Below the pieces are notes generated by a model. The model saw only the letters and a list, made by a program, of their open reading frames with translations, made no database searches and was not told where the DNA came from. A stretch of 62,914 bases of DNA, counting the filler, from Phoronis australis (taxonomy: Eukaryota > Animalia > Phoronida), in assembly GCA_002633005.1 (NCBI GenBank). It is 3 parts of 3 records of this genome, joined end to end, with 100 filler letters (N's around TTAATTAATTAA, not from the genome) between each part and the next. Parts side by side here need not be neighbours in the genome. Positions count along the whole stretch, not along the records: positions 27,533 to 53,704 come from NMRA01001335.1; positions 53,805 to 62,914 come from NMRA01001844.1; 1 more part is not named here. One strand, 5' to 3'. A program made the position numbers and the translations under genes. Shown here piece after piece: positions 50,774-62,914 of the stretch (position 1 is the stretch's first letter; the number at the start of each line of letters is the position of its first letter).

Positions 50774-51404
50774 TTCAATTCATGTCGATTGAATCAAAAA
50801 AGATGTGGTTGAGGAGTTAATTCACTGCACTGGTACGGTTTTACACGCAAGTAACTCGTCACTCCGTCCGTCAGTCAGTTCCTGACTTATAGTCGGTGAT
50901 TGAAGGCCAGACGCGACAGCAGCTAGCACGCACTCAACTTCAAACACAAAGTCAAACGTCAGGAAGTGATGACGTTCAACTTACAAGCAGCAGCAGCACT
51001 GGCAGGGATGTACTAGATTGAAACAATTATACACTATAAAACAATTTTGGTCGACTAATGCCGTAAATGATCAATGAAGAATGAGTAGTACTAGCGTATT
51101 CAAACAGCTGTGCCACACGCGAGACCTAACACGCCAGAAACGACGAACCAGAAATAGCGCACATTATTCTCGTCGTTTTCTCGTTCTTGGCAAATAATAT
51201 TTCGCCATTATTTTCAGAAAGATACACCTAAATTATAGTTATTAGTCCCTCGTGCATTTAAAATAACTTATTTTATTTATTTTTTGTTAAAATGTCGTTT
51301 TGGCGCGCGACATTTGAATGCCAATTTCTATTTTAACTGTCAACTAGCTGTCAGTTGTCAAATGCCCTTAATATTTCGTGTTTCAAACGCATTTCTCTGT
51401 CTTC

Positions 51405-51992
51405 ATGGCTGGAAAACGGAAATCAAAGATCCCTGACAGATTTCAGAGCAATAGCCGTAAGTTGTTTTTAAATTTTAGATTTTGAATTAGCTGCTCGACG
51501 TTTGCCTGATTCAGTATATATTAATTTAATAAGAAATTAGATTTCGGACCGGCCTTACTGGGCCACTGCGGTGGCCATGTGACATGTAAATCCCCAGCAA
51601 GCCCAGGATAAGCCTGCTAGCAATTAGGCCAAGGTTCTGAAATATAAAAATTGCACCTACAAATACTGATCAGTGGCATATAGAGGCTGCCTGTGCGATG
51701 GGGTGGGGGGTAATTGTTATCCGTCTGCCTCGAAGCGTCCACAAGTCTATAATTCTGCTATTCTGCTATGCCGTAATGGCTTTGTAGGTCTAATTGTCTT
51801 TTTTCGCTTTCACTTCAGGCTTTTATGTTGTCAAGTTCCATCAAGATAACGAAATCAGTGTTGTGAAGGGGGCGCAAGTAGAGCTGTCTGATGGGACCAC
51901 TGGAGACGATGCTGTGGCCGAGGTTCCATCGCATTGTCGTGCCCAGAGGCTTGATGGAAGACTGTATGAAGGAACCTTGCTATTTTCGTCTG
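51405..51992 (+). pseudogene. Second (accessory) gene of the EnSpm element, two exons, truncated
   Basis: Exon 51405-51456 MAGKRKSKIPDRFQSNS|GTAAGT joins in phase 1 to 51819-51992 RFYVVKFHQDNEISVV...RLDGRLYEGTLLFSS; no further exons found before the right end. Confidence 0.6.
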
Positions 51993-53704
51993 GTTAATAC
52001 CCAAAAATTTAGCCAGTATCAGTGCTGCTGTTTCTTACCTCTGATTGTGGGGTCTAATTCTTTTAATTAGAAACCTAATGTGTAAATGACTAATCGCCAG
52101 ACATCTCTGTTTTTTTAAACTCTGCAAAATGATGGTGTCTGTATTGATTTGTTTGATAAAAAACATGCTCAAATAAAGTAGACTAGTCCTGTGACTGATT
52201 TCTGTGAAATCCTTCAGCCTGCAGGAATGTTTACTTCAGCTTCAATGTGCTTGAGTCGAACTAGTCAACAGATCATATACACTGCTGTGTGCTTAGAACC
52301 AGTAGTGACACCAAACTTCAAATTTTCTCCAACTGAAAGGCATGTTCCAAATTGGGCTAAATCTTTCATGTTATTTGTTACACATGTTCTTTTGGGTAAA
52401 TCATATGCAAGCACATTTGCAAAGCTTCTGGAAAAGTGATTGAACTGACAGGTATAAATGTTACAACACAGAAACCTCAGTTGTAGGCACAACCTTGTAT
52501 GTTGTTGAGAAACTAACTATTTTGCCCATGGAGGAACTTTCAATTTGCCCACTTCGTAATTATAGGTTCTACTTTGTAAGACTATATTTTATTGCTCACA
52601 TGTAATTTCTTATGTTTGTAATTACTGGTGGTAAAAAGTTAGTAATCTTTCAGTTGACAAAGAAGAATGCCTGCGGTATAAAAGAAAAACAAAGAACAAA
52701 AAGGCGCCAGTTGCTTGCAGGAAATTTGCATCCACTCTTTGGTAAGAGATGATTTCATGTGTTTGTGGCTGGTTTGCAGAAACTTTTGGGGCAAGCTTGC
52801 CGCAACTTTGCGGCAAGCTTGCGGCAAGTGTTTGCAGGAAGGCCTTTTTTGGTATGGGAGTGAAAGCAGCGACTGTGTAGAAACTGAAGTGTTTAATGAA
52901 ATGTGCAGCAAAATGCAAGATTTAGAAGATGGAGAGTTTACTTCTGGACGGATAGTGTCGTACAAGTCCGAATGAGAGGAATCTAATCCGAAAGTGAAGG
53001 AAAGGAGAAAACCGGCCGACAGTCATGGAACCTGTTACAGACCGTCTCAGAGGCAAAGTTTGTTGTTGGTGAGTAAAATATATAAGAATAATCAATCAAC
53101 AAAATTGCTAAGACAGTTAATTCAAAATAAGCCGACAATATTTCTTGTGGTCAAAAATAGGAGAAATTATGGAGCAAATTATTCCCCTGAAACTCCAAGT
53201 GATTTAGTGTTTGATTTCCATAACATTTCTTTCTTGGCTTCACCATAATTTCGATGAAGAAAACTAACTTAATGAGCATACACTGCGACATTGCCGCAAA
53301 ACTGAGTCAGAAATCACTCATTTTTACCCCGCCAGAATAGTATGCGTTGCATTCAGGTTCAAGTGCAAGTCAACTGGTCAATTTGCATTTTTAAATAACT
53401 CTGATAGACAGAAAAAACAGTACCCCACACTGACAGGAAGATCTAAGCAGTTGAGGTGTGGTCAAAATATCAAATAAAAACTACAGCCAAAACTAACACA
53501 ACGAATATGCTGCATAAAAGACACAACAAAATTCGTCATTTCTCTAACTATCGTTCTTCATTTGAAAATTAGAAATAATCAGAAAAAGATTGTAACATCG
53601 AAATGCTCTGATTTCTAGGTGTACATGCGCAGAGCTGCCAACCGTTCCGTTTTTACGGGACGCGTTCCGTATTTGAGAGGGAAAATCTGTGTTCCGGGCG
53701 CTTT

Positions 53705-53804
53705 NNNNNNNNNNNNNNNNNNNNNNNNNNNNNNNNNNNNNNNNNNNNTTAATTAATTAANNNNNNNNNNNNNNNNNNNNNNNNNNNNNNNNNNNNNNNN
53801 NNNN
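53705..53804. other. Assembly gap with artificial six-frame-stop spacer
   Basis: N-run with central TTAATTAATTAA. Confidence 0.97.
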
Positions 53805-54037
53805 AAACTGACTTAGCCAAGACAAATCTTAAATTTCAGTAAATTTTAAAATAAAAGTAAAATTTGTCTCAAAACAAATTGAAGAAAGAGATCTAAGTTT
53901 GACTTAAGTGTTTGACATAAGTTTTGTCTTAATTTTAACTAACTTACCGAATGTGGCAGTTTCAAAGTTTGGAAGTTAAAACAAATCTTAAACTTAAGTA
54001 AAAAATGAACTTGAGTCAGTTTCTTGGAACAGGCCCC
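53805..54037. mobile_element. Palindromic Harbinger-like MITE, left end in gap
   Basis: aaactgactta.. / ..tgagtcagttt internal symmetry and terminus ..ggaacaggcccc|tga. Confidence 0.5.
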
Positions 54038-54199
54038 TGAACTCCGGAAACCGCAGCTCAGTAAAGAACTGACTTTGTTTAAACTGGATGATGGATTTCC
54101 AAATCAGCAATTCCAGTGTCTAGTTAAACAAGGTCATTGCTAGTTGCATTCTTAACTCCAACTAATCTTTTGACATGTCACACAATTTCCAAAGACCTA

Positions 54200-56793
54200 G
54201 GCCCGGTCTCCAATCTTTTTACTCGAAATGGAACTCGAAATTAAGTTTGGCATTTTCTACTCTACTTTTGGGCGAACTCAAGATAAGTGTCTATTATTCT
54301 ATGCTCGAGTACACAATAACTTACGTAGCAGGGCTCGACATAACGAGCTGCAGGTCGCATTTGCGACCTGAAATTTGGAAATGCGAGCTGAGATTTTTGT
54401 CAGCTCGTATAAAGTCGCAAAATGCGACCTGGAATTTCCAACGAATGCGAGCTGAGTTTTTACACTTCTCAACAGATACCTGGCAAATACAAAGCAGCTC
54501 TTGTTAATCCGACCGTTATTTGGTTGTTGCCAAATACAAGTTCAAAAGAACACTAACCGAGAACAGGCCTCCCGATGACTTGTAAGCAAGTCGCGTGAAC
54601 ATGGGATATGCAGAATCGATCTTTGACGCGTTTCATTGGCTAACACTTTCGGCCACTTTTGTAAATTCCCGGATTCGCCGAAGAAAGTTTCGGGCCAATG
54701 CTTACACGTGATAAAACTTCACAAAACAACGGTGTTTCTATTAATTCTTAAGCGATCAACTTACCAAACTTTGTGGTGGACAAAAATGCTTATTTTTCAC
54801 ATAAGATGTCCTTATTACATGTACCAAATATCCACGACAATATCCCTGATATCGCACTGCGGCACCATTAGCGCGCAAGCGGTCCCGGCAGACAATCGTG
54901 ACTTAGACTGAGGTATGCTTCTCCTTTTATCGTATTAAGACAGCCAAAGTGAAAATGACAACCTTGTTAATCGCCAAACGACGGTCACGTCTTTACTTTC
55001 AATTTTCCAAGAAATTCTCAAACCCTTTACTTGTTTCTGGGGCTACGTGCGCGAAATATGATTTGTCTTTCACACGTTGTTGCCAACGTAAAGTGTAGGC
55101 CTACTCCAGCGATTCAAGTGCGTGAACTCACGCGTGCGCACCACTTCAAAGAACAGCGACAGTCCTAAATGAAAGAGTATACCGGCTTGGCTCTGGTTTA
55201 TTTGAAAATGAACTCAGATTCCCAGCGGTTATAAAAGACCCGATGTCCCGGGACCGATATAACCCAGAACTAACGTTATTCTGTTCCGATGTTTCCCGAG
55301 GTCGATGTTCTGTAAACCCTGTATTCTATGCCCGTAGCCAGTTATTGCAACTAAACTGGCACTAGATGCGAAATTGTGGTTCCAGTTAGCGAACTTTTCA
55401 TTCTTCTCTTTATACGCCCCCCCCCCCGGCAACTTTTCGCTCCCCGAACCACCGTCGCCGTAAAATGTTCAGACTTCTATAGAAACAACCTTGTTCCGGC
55501 TGAAGCGGGCAGTTAAAAAATCATTCCGGGTGGCTAAAAAGGGTACAATGTAGGTGGTAACGATATCCAGAAAGTCACCCCTACCAGATGGAGTTTGCCT
55601 CGCAAAATCGTATTATTATAATGTTTCTTACCATTGCAGCGTTTTAATATCTTATTACCGCAAACACTGAGGTTAACGACTATGCTCACGCACAAGCCTA
55701 CTCCCTACCTTTAAAGTGTTTCATAATAAGCGCTCACTGATCTATTAAAAGTCCTCCCTTAAATTTTGAGAATTTCCAATTAAGCGCCCACAGTTCAAGC
55801 TAGCGCCCATCATTGCGCACTACAAACGACCGCGTGTGGTTTAAAATTGACACGCAGTTTATATGGTGTGTGTCACTTTCATTTTACACAACTTCAGTTT
55901 TCTAAAACGTCTTTTCACAACATGTAAAAACCAAATCCCGGCTTTGTTTTATACCTCGGAAAGAAAATTAACACTAGTGACATGCGTGTCGTTTTGCGAC
56001 TGACCTATTTTTCCCGTACTTGGAAGGTATTGAAGAGCAAACTCGCGATTATCCGAGTTAGTTTGAATCGTTAACGACTTTGATGACGGCCAGTGAGAAG
56101 ACCAGATCTAACAAAATCCCGGATACTTTTTCAACGGGCATTTTCTCCCTTTTCACATCGCAAATTTAGCTACTCGAATGCACGAGTCAGTTAGAGAGCA
56201 CTGATTCAACTTTCACGCCGGCAACTTGCCTTGCGCTCTAGAGACTTTCAATGGCGGTCGTGAAGAACAGTAAGGCCGTACCTGCATGAATGAAGTCAAT
56301 TTTGAAATCCGAAATTTGTGAGTATTTAACGCTGCAGGTAAGAGCATAATCTAAACATTTTCCCGATGATCTAAAAAATCTGTTTTGGCGCGTAAAAATG
56401 GCGGGAAAATTTTGCGACCTGGCATTTACGAATGCGAGCTGGATTTTGAAAATGCGACCTGGGATTTTGGCTAGGTCGCAAAATGCGACCTAGCGATTTT
56501 AATAGCGTCGAGCCCTGCGTAGATAATTTATTGCCCTTAGTTCACAGTTTGTAAACCCAATATTAAAGCAATAAGTTCGAGTTCGAACTCGAAATTTTGA
56601 GTTTTTCTCGAGTTTGTAGCACGAATATAAGGGTCTTCAAGGGCAAACTTGAACTAGAAACGCCTATGCATAAACTATAATGTATTCGAGCACAGTCTGA
56701 TAACCAATTATCTTAAGTTCTCACAAAAGGAGCAGAGAAATTGCCAAAAATAGTTTCGAGTTCGTTTCGAGTACAAAGATTAGAAACCAGGCC
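54200..56793. mobile_element. PIF/Harbinger-like palindromic MITE (~400 bp) interrupted by a hAT-like insertion
   Basis: ggcccggtctccaatc..actcgaaa / tttcgagt..gattagaaaccaggcc long imperfect TIRs; 3-bp CTA duplication at 54197-54199 and 56794-56796. Confidence 0.8.
54329..56517 (+). mobile_element. Non-autonomous hAT-like element, copy 2, 5-bp TSD
   Basis: TIR cagggctcgac / gtcgagccctg; cgtag duplicated at 54324-54328 and 56518-56522; homologous to 9902-11400 except a different ~1-kb core. Confidence 0.88.
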
Positions 56794-57934
56794 CTAGTAT
56801 GAAGAGGTGGCCACCATCATGGCGGCAGAAACTTACAATAAGAGATGTAGTCGTGTGCACCAGGCGTTGATTGTTATATATACCATCCTGCAATACAGAA
56901 AAACTTTCCCTTTAGTGGTTGAAAACTACAAACACAGTGCAACTTCGCTATACAATGTTCTCCCAGCATGTATTCAAACATGGAGCTAGCTCCGAGTTTT
57001 GAACCATCTTGCACCACATTTGAAATATTTTGCACCCACGTTTGGAAGTGTTGAGCAATGTTTGAAAAGCCAGGCAGGCAACAGCCATGTTTAAAATCTT
57101 ATGCAATGTTTAAAAAGACAGTTACAAGACAAATGATTGGAATAGTACATGAAGAAGTGTGCATTTTCATTATTTGAAGCGAGAATGATAAATGACATGC
57201 CCAGCAACTGGAAATAATGTGTAACTAATTTTTACTGAACTAAAAAATTAACAAAAAGGCAATTAAGAAACAAAAACACGATGCAGAATTTCACATTTGA
57301 ATTTTTGTACCTGTTATCTACTTATTTACAAATATAATAAGACAATCTATTTCCCTGTAAAATTGTGCAACAAACACAAGAAGTTATCAATAACTAATGC
57401 AATGTACGCAACATCTACTATATAATCTATTATATAAAATGCATCGTTTGCAAAAACTCCGTCTCCCCCGCTCCACTACAGACCTTCGTTGCGCCCGTTT
57501 CAGCACCACCTCCTTGGTTGCCGGTATTGCACCGGCCCCCTATTTGGATTCGAGGTGTTCTATTCTTTTCTCGCGGGCTATTTTTTCGCGGACGTGGAGG
57601 GAGGGTGGCCAGTTTCGTACTGGCCTTGGTGACGTCAGTCGGTCGGCTCAAAGGCCTGGGTGACGTCACTTCATCGACTTAAGTTCATCGAGCCTGTCGC
57701 CGCCAAAATTAATGATGCCTCATGAAAAAATTTTTACTCTTCCTTGAGTTCTTCAGTTATTCTGCTGCTAAAATTGTTGCGATGCGCTCTTTGGGTGCCA
57801 TTGAGTCACCTATCGGACCAATTTCCATGTTCTTCAATCAACTATGTAGGTTGCGTACAAGTCATAACAATCGGAACTGGTTTCATTTCGCTACAAGTTT
57901 TTACTATTTCAATACAAAAAAAAACAATTTCAGA

Positions 57935-58250
57935 AAATACTCTCGAAAGATATCGCAAAGTTTTGGGAAATGGCACGTACGTGCGCATGTCACGAGATTG
58001 CACTGTTTTCAAAACGACGGCAGGATTTTCCTTTGTTACAAAAGGCGGAGAATTACGAAAAATAACGTTTTTTAGATTTCGTTTACTTCTATAAATGGCT
58101 GTAAAGGGCACTGTGAATGTCGATTCATTCCCAGATTCTGCACGCACCCCTGCAGGTTGTTAGCTCTAAGTTTCACAACGAGGTGACGAGCTGAGCACCT
58201 GGGTTGTCTTGTGTGAAATTTCGGTGTCTAACAGAGCTCCACACACGGCT
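57935..58250 (+). repeat. Interspersed repeat, homolog of 2760-3110
   Basis: Colinear similarity to the reverse complement of 2760-3110. Confidence 0.7.
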
Positions 58251-58346
58251 ATCTAGCTGTACGTTGAAGACAGTTTTCATACAGCTGGCTGGCTTTCTAC
58301 CTCAATAGGCTATGTACATTTATGATGCAACTTTTGTAAATACATC

Positions 58347-58505
58347 CAGGGGCGGATCCAGGATTTCGAGTCGGGGGGACGGCACTAATAGAGTATTAGC
58401 CAGAATTTTGCCCTTCAGACATTCGCACCCCCGAACTGCCAAATGGAAGCTGGAAGAATTTTATGGGGGGCATGGCCCCCTTGACCCCCTCTAAATCCAC
58501 CACTG
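58347..58505. mobile_element. hAT-like MITE, 159 bp, near-perfect 5-bp TSD
   Basis: caggggcggatccag / ctaaatccaccactg termini; flanks acatc / gcatc. Confidence 0.7.
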
Positions 58506-59594
58506 GCATCTATATACTTTGTGTACTGTACAATATTTTAAACGCATTCTTAGTTTTCACTTTAAACTGAAGAATATCTGATTACCGAACTTTGTGTTAC
58601 GCAGGGTCAAATGTCTGGAAAGAAATTTGTACTGCCTAGGGGAAGAATCCCACAGCAGCACACATTAATTGCCAACTAAAATCTGACGGGTGACAGAAAT
58701 TCTGCTTGAAGCTTTGAACACGGTCTCTTCAAGAAGTATACCTGCCTCTCAGCGCGATGAACACTCGATCGGTTCATTCTTAGGTGTAGCTATTTCCTCT
58801 CAGCGTTTCCCACTAGCTGCTACCCGTGCGAAACTTTCGCACGGGTAACGGTTAGTATATATATACACTACAGCGCAACAGACAAGTTACTAATATTGAA
58901 TTACTTACTGGTGAGGTCTTGTTCGGTGGTCGAGCATTATTTCGACTGGAATGGAAAGACAAGGATTATGAGTAGGACTCCCAAATTGTAATTCACCTGT
59001 TGTTTCAACCGTCACTGAACAGAGGTCTTTTACCAATAACTATGTTGATAATTGCTGACCCCTGCCCATAGCCTACAGAAAGTGTTATTTGTACAGTACA
59101 CGTATCTCTTCAAACTTGCGTCTTGTGAGCAAAACACTACTAAGAGACCTTCATTCAAGTCAACTCAGAGTAAAAAAGCATAGTAGTTTTCTTTAAATTT
59201 CGAACTGGATTGAAATAATTAATTTAGTCTAATTTCAAAGTATAAATTATATGGTACAGGTGTGGGCCCAGGTATACGAGGGGACTGAAGGAACAAATGT
59301 ATGTTCAAAGATAAAGGATATAGGGGTATATTGATGCTGACTTAGTATTTTACAGTTGTCTACATCCAGTTAACAGTAATACACATTCAGAAGCAAGAAC
59401 AAGTAAATTCACAGGTCATGTAAGAAGGTAGGAGAGGAACACTAAAACATGACACCTTTCGAATATTTAAGGTAACAAGGATTGACTTGGCAACCTGCAA
59501 CTGCAATACACTATGCATACATCTCAAATACAACACTTAGTAAAGAGACGGATGTCGGAATTTTTCAGCAAAAATGAAAGTTAAGTCCTTATCT

Positions 59595-59891
59595 CAGGGC
59601 TTGGAATGACCAATGACAAAAAACGCGGAAACTTTTACGGCCCAAAGCATGCCCGATAACCAGCCTTGAAATTGTCAATGTGAACCTTTCCGACAAAAAT
59701 CGGGAGGACTAAAAAAAAAAACCATTACAACCATCAGTAGCATGCGTCTGCGTCCTTTTAGCTCGGAAGGAATTAGCCGCGGAAATTTTTTATCAAATCC
59801 GATTATTTTACGCGGAAATATTATAAAAAAAGCGGAAAGCACATTTGAAAAAAGCGGAAATCCGAGTTTCCGCGGAAAATTCCAAGCCCTG
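59595..59891 (+). mobile_element. hAT-like MITE, 297 bp, 6-bp TSD
   Basis: TIR cagggcttggaat / attccaagccctg; ttatct duplicated at 59589-59594 and 59892-59897. Confidence 0.85.
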
Positions 59892-62120
59892 TTATCTCAT
59901 GCACAGATTAAGCGTCTTGATCATCAGCTTTTCCATTAGGTGGACGAGCGTGCAGGATATTAGGCCCCAAGGGAGAATTGGCCATTACAAGGTTCACGAA
60001 ATACTCCCCAAGTTTCAACTGGACTGTAAAAAAGGCTGCCGAGGTGGTCTTGGGTTTTCCAACAGTTGTTTGCTCACTTCGCCATACAATTCAGAAACTC
60101 TTTCTTCAATTTTCAACAGTTTTCCAGGACACATCATTAGAAAGGGACAAGATATTTGCCCCCCACCCGCACCGGGTTCTGGGTTTTGGCGACATCATTT
60201 CCTGTTTGGCGGCGACTGGACGTTAAGTAAATTGTCAAGCTCAGGATGCTAAACAAAAATTTTGGAGATCTCACATTTTACTTCGCTCATCAACGCGACT
60301 TCAATGTCGGAAGACATATTTGGTGTGTAACAACGTTGTGCCTTTTAATGTATGATTCACTCTCGTAATTAAGAATTCCAGTGGAGTTCTCCAATCACAT
60401 CAGATGGCAGTTGTGTATGTGTCACAGAGCAAGCACAGGTGTGTTGAACGTACTCAGGCTACTCACTGATATTATTAAAAGACTCACTACAATAACATAA
60501 TGTAAGGCCATACAGTGCACAGCATCATATGCTTCCACTGTTGATTCAGGGTCTCTTTCATAGAACGCAATATCCCATCACTTGAAGAACAGAAATCGGG
60601 TAACCAATGAACTAGCAAACTGCAAAAAATCGCACCCAAGACAACACCAGTACCATTCCTATTCAATAGGTGAGTGATTGGAAAATATTTGGCCCATCCG
60701 TTACACACAAGAGACTCATTCTTCTGCAAATGGCAAGAACGTATATAGCCACCCGCCCAGTCGTCAATGCGACTAAAACGGCGCTGGAGGGTAGAACTTA
60801 ACTGGTTGGTGGCCCAAGTGGCAAGCCAATTTTCAAAGCAGTTTAAAGCAATTTTCTGTGAGGAGTTCAAAGAAATAAATCGTCTCTTCACTGTGATTAT
60901 TTTAATAGCTTCATAGCTAACAGACATTAGCATGTTCCTGGCGGTTCAATTGAAATATTTACATGCCTGTTATTTTTCAAAACGGTAAAGACGAGGAAAC
61001 TTTTGAGTGGCGCTTGCCTTTGCGTCTTAATCCGTCACATCGCATCTTATTAGTAGCAGGTGGGTTCTCAGTGCAGTCGCGCAGTTGGAAATTCCGTCGC
61101 AGTTCCTGAAAATCTGCGTTCTCTCTTCCCACAATATCAACGCTTAAGGAGTATATGTGCGCTTTTTCCCAAACCAAGACACTCAAACTAGACCAATGAA
61201 TATTGGCAAATATACCGTGCCCATCCTCACCCAATGAGTATCCAGTCATCTCGATAACATTCAGAAATTAGGTCAGTGTGTCACGCATTTGTCGTATTCA
61301 ATGCATCATCTGTGTTGCATGGAATCTGTCAGTGTATGAAAAGTGCAGGGATATTCCTGACCAGACTTGAACCTGTGCCCTTTGGGAGCACTTGATGATA
61401 AAAAATGTGCCTTTTCTCAAACGGCTGTGTCCAGCAGACTTAGTGTAATTAAAGTGGCAACATAAGAAACAAAAACCCCAAAGGAAATCGAAATAAGAAC
61501 AGTCATGTTTTACCCAATGCACCTGGGAGTCACACAGTTGCAATTTACTTGCACCTTGTCATGTTTTCATGCGCTTATGGTGCAGTCCAGGAATATATCC
61601 ATGAAAGTCTTATCTCAATAGGATTAGATAGGAATTCTCATTTATAAGTTGGACTAGCTAAATAACTAGTGACAACTGTTCAATAAAGATACACTGTTGT
61701 TATCAACCAATGGCATCTTTGGCAACTGTGTCAATAGTATTGTTGAGTCCTAAAAAGCCTTCTCTTTGAAACTAGCTAGAAACCAGGTTGCCAAATGAAA
61801 ACTGAGGGTCAACAAAACTGAGGTTGGAAGTCGCCGACCAAAAAAGCCTCATTTCGCTGTCAGCATTTTCAAAACATTATCCATTTCTCCCAAAAATATG
61901 TGCACAATTCAATCTTTAACTCAATTCCTCTTGCCAACGGAGAACGCAGAAGATGAGATACCCTGGGGGCGCATGTATAATGGTCCAATCTAGCCCTGTT
62001 TTTGCCGAACAATTCCAACTTCCATCTGTTTACATCGTGTTGTAACTTGAACGTGTGCTTGATGTGTACTGACAGCTGAGGCTGGCAAATGCATTCACTT
62101 AATGACGTATAAACAGTGGT

Positions 62121-62244
62121 GGGCACTGGTCGGATATAGTGGTCCCAGATTTAGAGAACAAGGCAGTCACTAAATAACGGGGCAGTTACTAAATGGATGA
62201 ATCTGGTTCTCTAAATCAGGGACCGCTATATTCGACCAGTGCCC
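62121..62244. mobile_element. 124-bp MITE with ~38-bp TIRs
   Basis: gggcactggtcggatatagtggtcccagatttagagaac / gttctctaaatcagggaccgctatattcgaccagtgccc. Confidence 0.8.
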
Positions 62245-62390
62245 AGTTGTGAACTTAAGGCATTGAATACAGGAATTTCTTTTACTGATTTAAAGTTTGG
62301 AAGACATCACAAATTTTGATGCGAACTTTGGGTGAATTATTGTTTGACTTTGCTACTTGTTGTGGCGACTCATGATTTTCCACAAGTCAC

Positions 62391-62628
62391 CATGCGCACA
62401 CCCAGGGGGGCTCGAACGAGCCTCCCCATTTGGCAAAGTGGGCAAAAAGGTCCACCTCAGAGAGACAAAAAAAAGTCCGCGAAAATGAGGCTTAAGTCCA
62501 TTAAACATGTGCAAACGCGCAATTCACAGTGGTGCTCCTTTTTTTTGTCCGCCCGCTTTTTTGTTACCAAAAGGTCGACAAAGTCAGGAATTCGAGCCCC
62601 CCCATATTGAAGGCTGGGTGCGCGCATG
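62391..62628. mobile_element. hAT-like MITE, 238 bp, 5-bp TSD
   Basis: catgcgcacacccag / ctgggtgcgcgcatg; gtcac duplicated at 62386-62390 and 62629-62633. Confidence 0.85.
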
Positions 62629-62914
62629 GTCACCAAATGCAATCTGAAGTTGCACTGACAAGGTACAGGTCACCAAATTCAGTACTGCCCCTGTAACAAC
62701 GGCACAAAAAATTGTAGAGTTCACAAATTCAATGAATACTTGATTGATCCATGTTTTCTGGTAACGGAAGGGATAAATACTGTGGAATCGTCTAGTTATT
62801 TTGCCCCTCCCTTACTTCGGTCTACCCGCCACAACTGGCCTTAAGCTCAGTCCGTAGTCCATACTGTCCTCACCAGGGCACAGGTGAAATCACAAAAACT
62901 CTTAATACACAGCA

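Larger units (their letters stand above)
46563..52858 (-). mobile_element. EnSpm/CACTA (CMC) DNA transposon, ~6.3 kb, decayed
   Basis: Termini (t)ccataccaaaa / ttttggtatggg, dense ttgcaggaa/ttgcggcaa subterminal repeats at both ends, encloses transposase and a divergent second gene; TSD unclear. Confidence 0.88.

Noticed and set aside
59845-61543. Several 80-150 aa ORFs, checked as possible ROCK exons or a new gene
   Set aside because: No kinase or other recognisable motif and no phase-consistent exon chain found.

Overview
AT-rich eukaryotic (animal, probably marine invertebrate) genomic DNA with spliceosomal introns and two scaffold gaps filled with an artificial N..TTAATTAATTAA..N spacer. 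Host genes: (1) an apparent first coding exon of a Rho-associated kinase (ROCK, + strand, 6789-6884) with no further ROCK exon recognisable in the remaining 56 kb; (2) a six-exon SRFBP1/BUD22-like gene on the same strand (11473-18781) whose first recognisable exon is phase-compatible with the ROCK exon; (3) a single-coding-exon TMEM121/CECR6-family gene on the - strand (21801-23024). Most of the rest is nested transposon material. It includes a decayed 6.3-kb EnSpm/CACTA element with a three-exon transposase and a divergent second gene, and a 3.8-kb CACGG-ended element carrying a spliced 7-finger C2H2 gene plus a convergent ORF. There are also Kolobok-type relics (THAP, P2X7-like KolX, PHD), several hAT-like non-autonomous elements with 5-bp (and one 6-bp) target duplications, and Harbinger, Zator, Helentron, Crypton-like, pogo, LINE-ORF1 and Ngaro-gag remnants. 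All family assignments come from motif recognition by eye, not from database searches.
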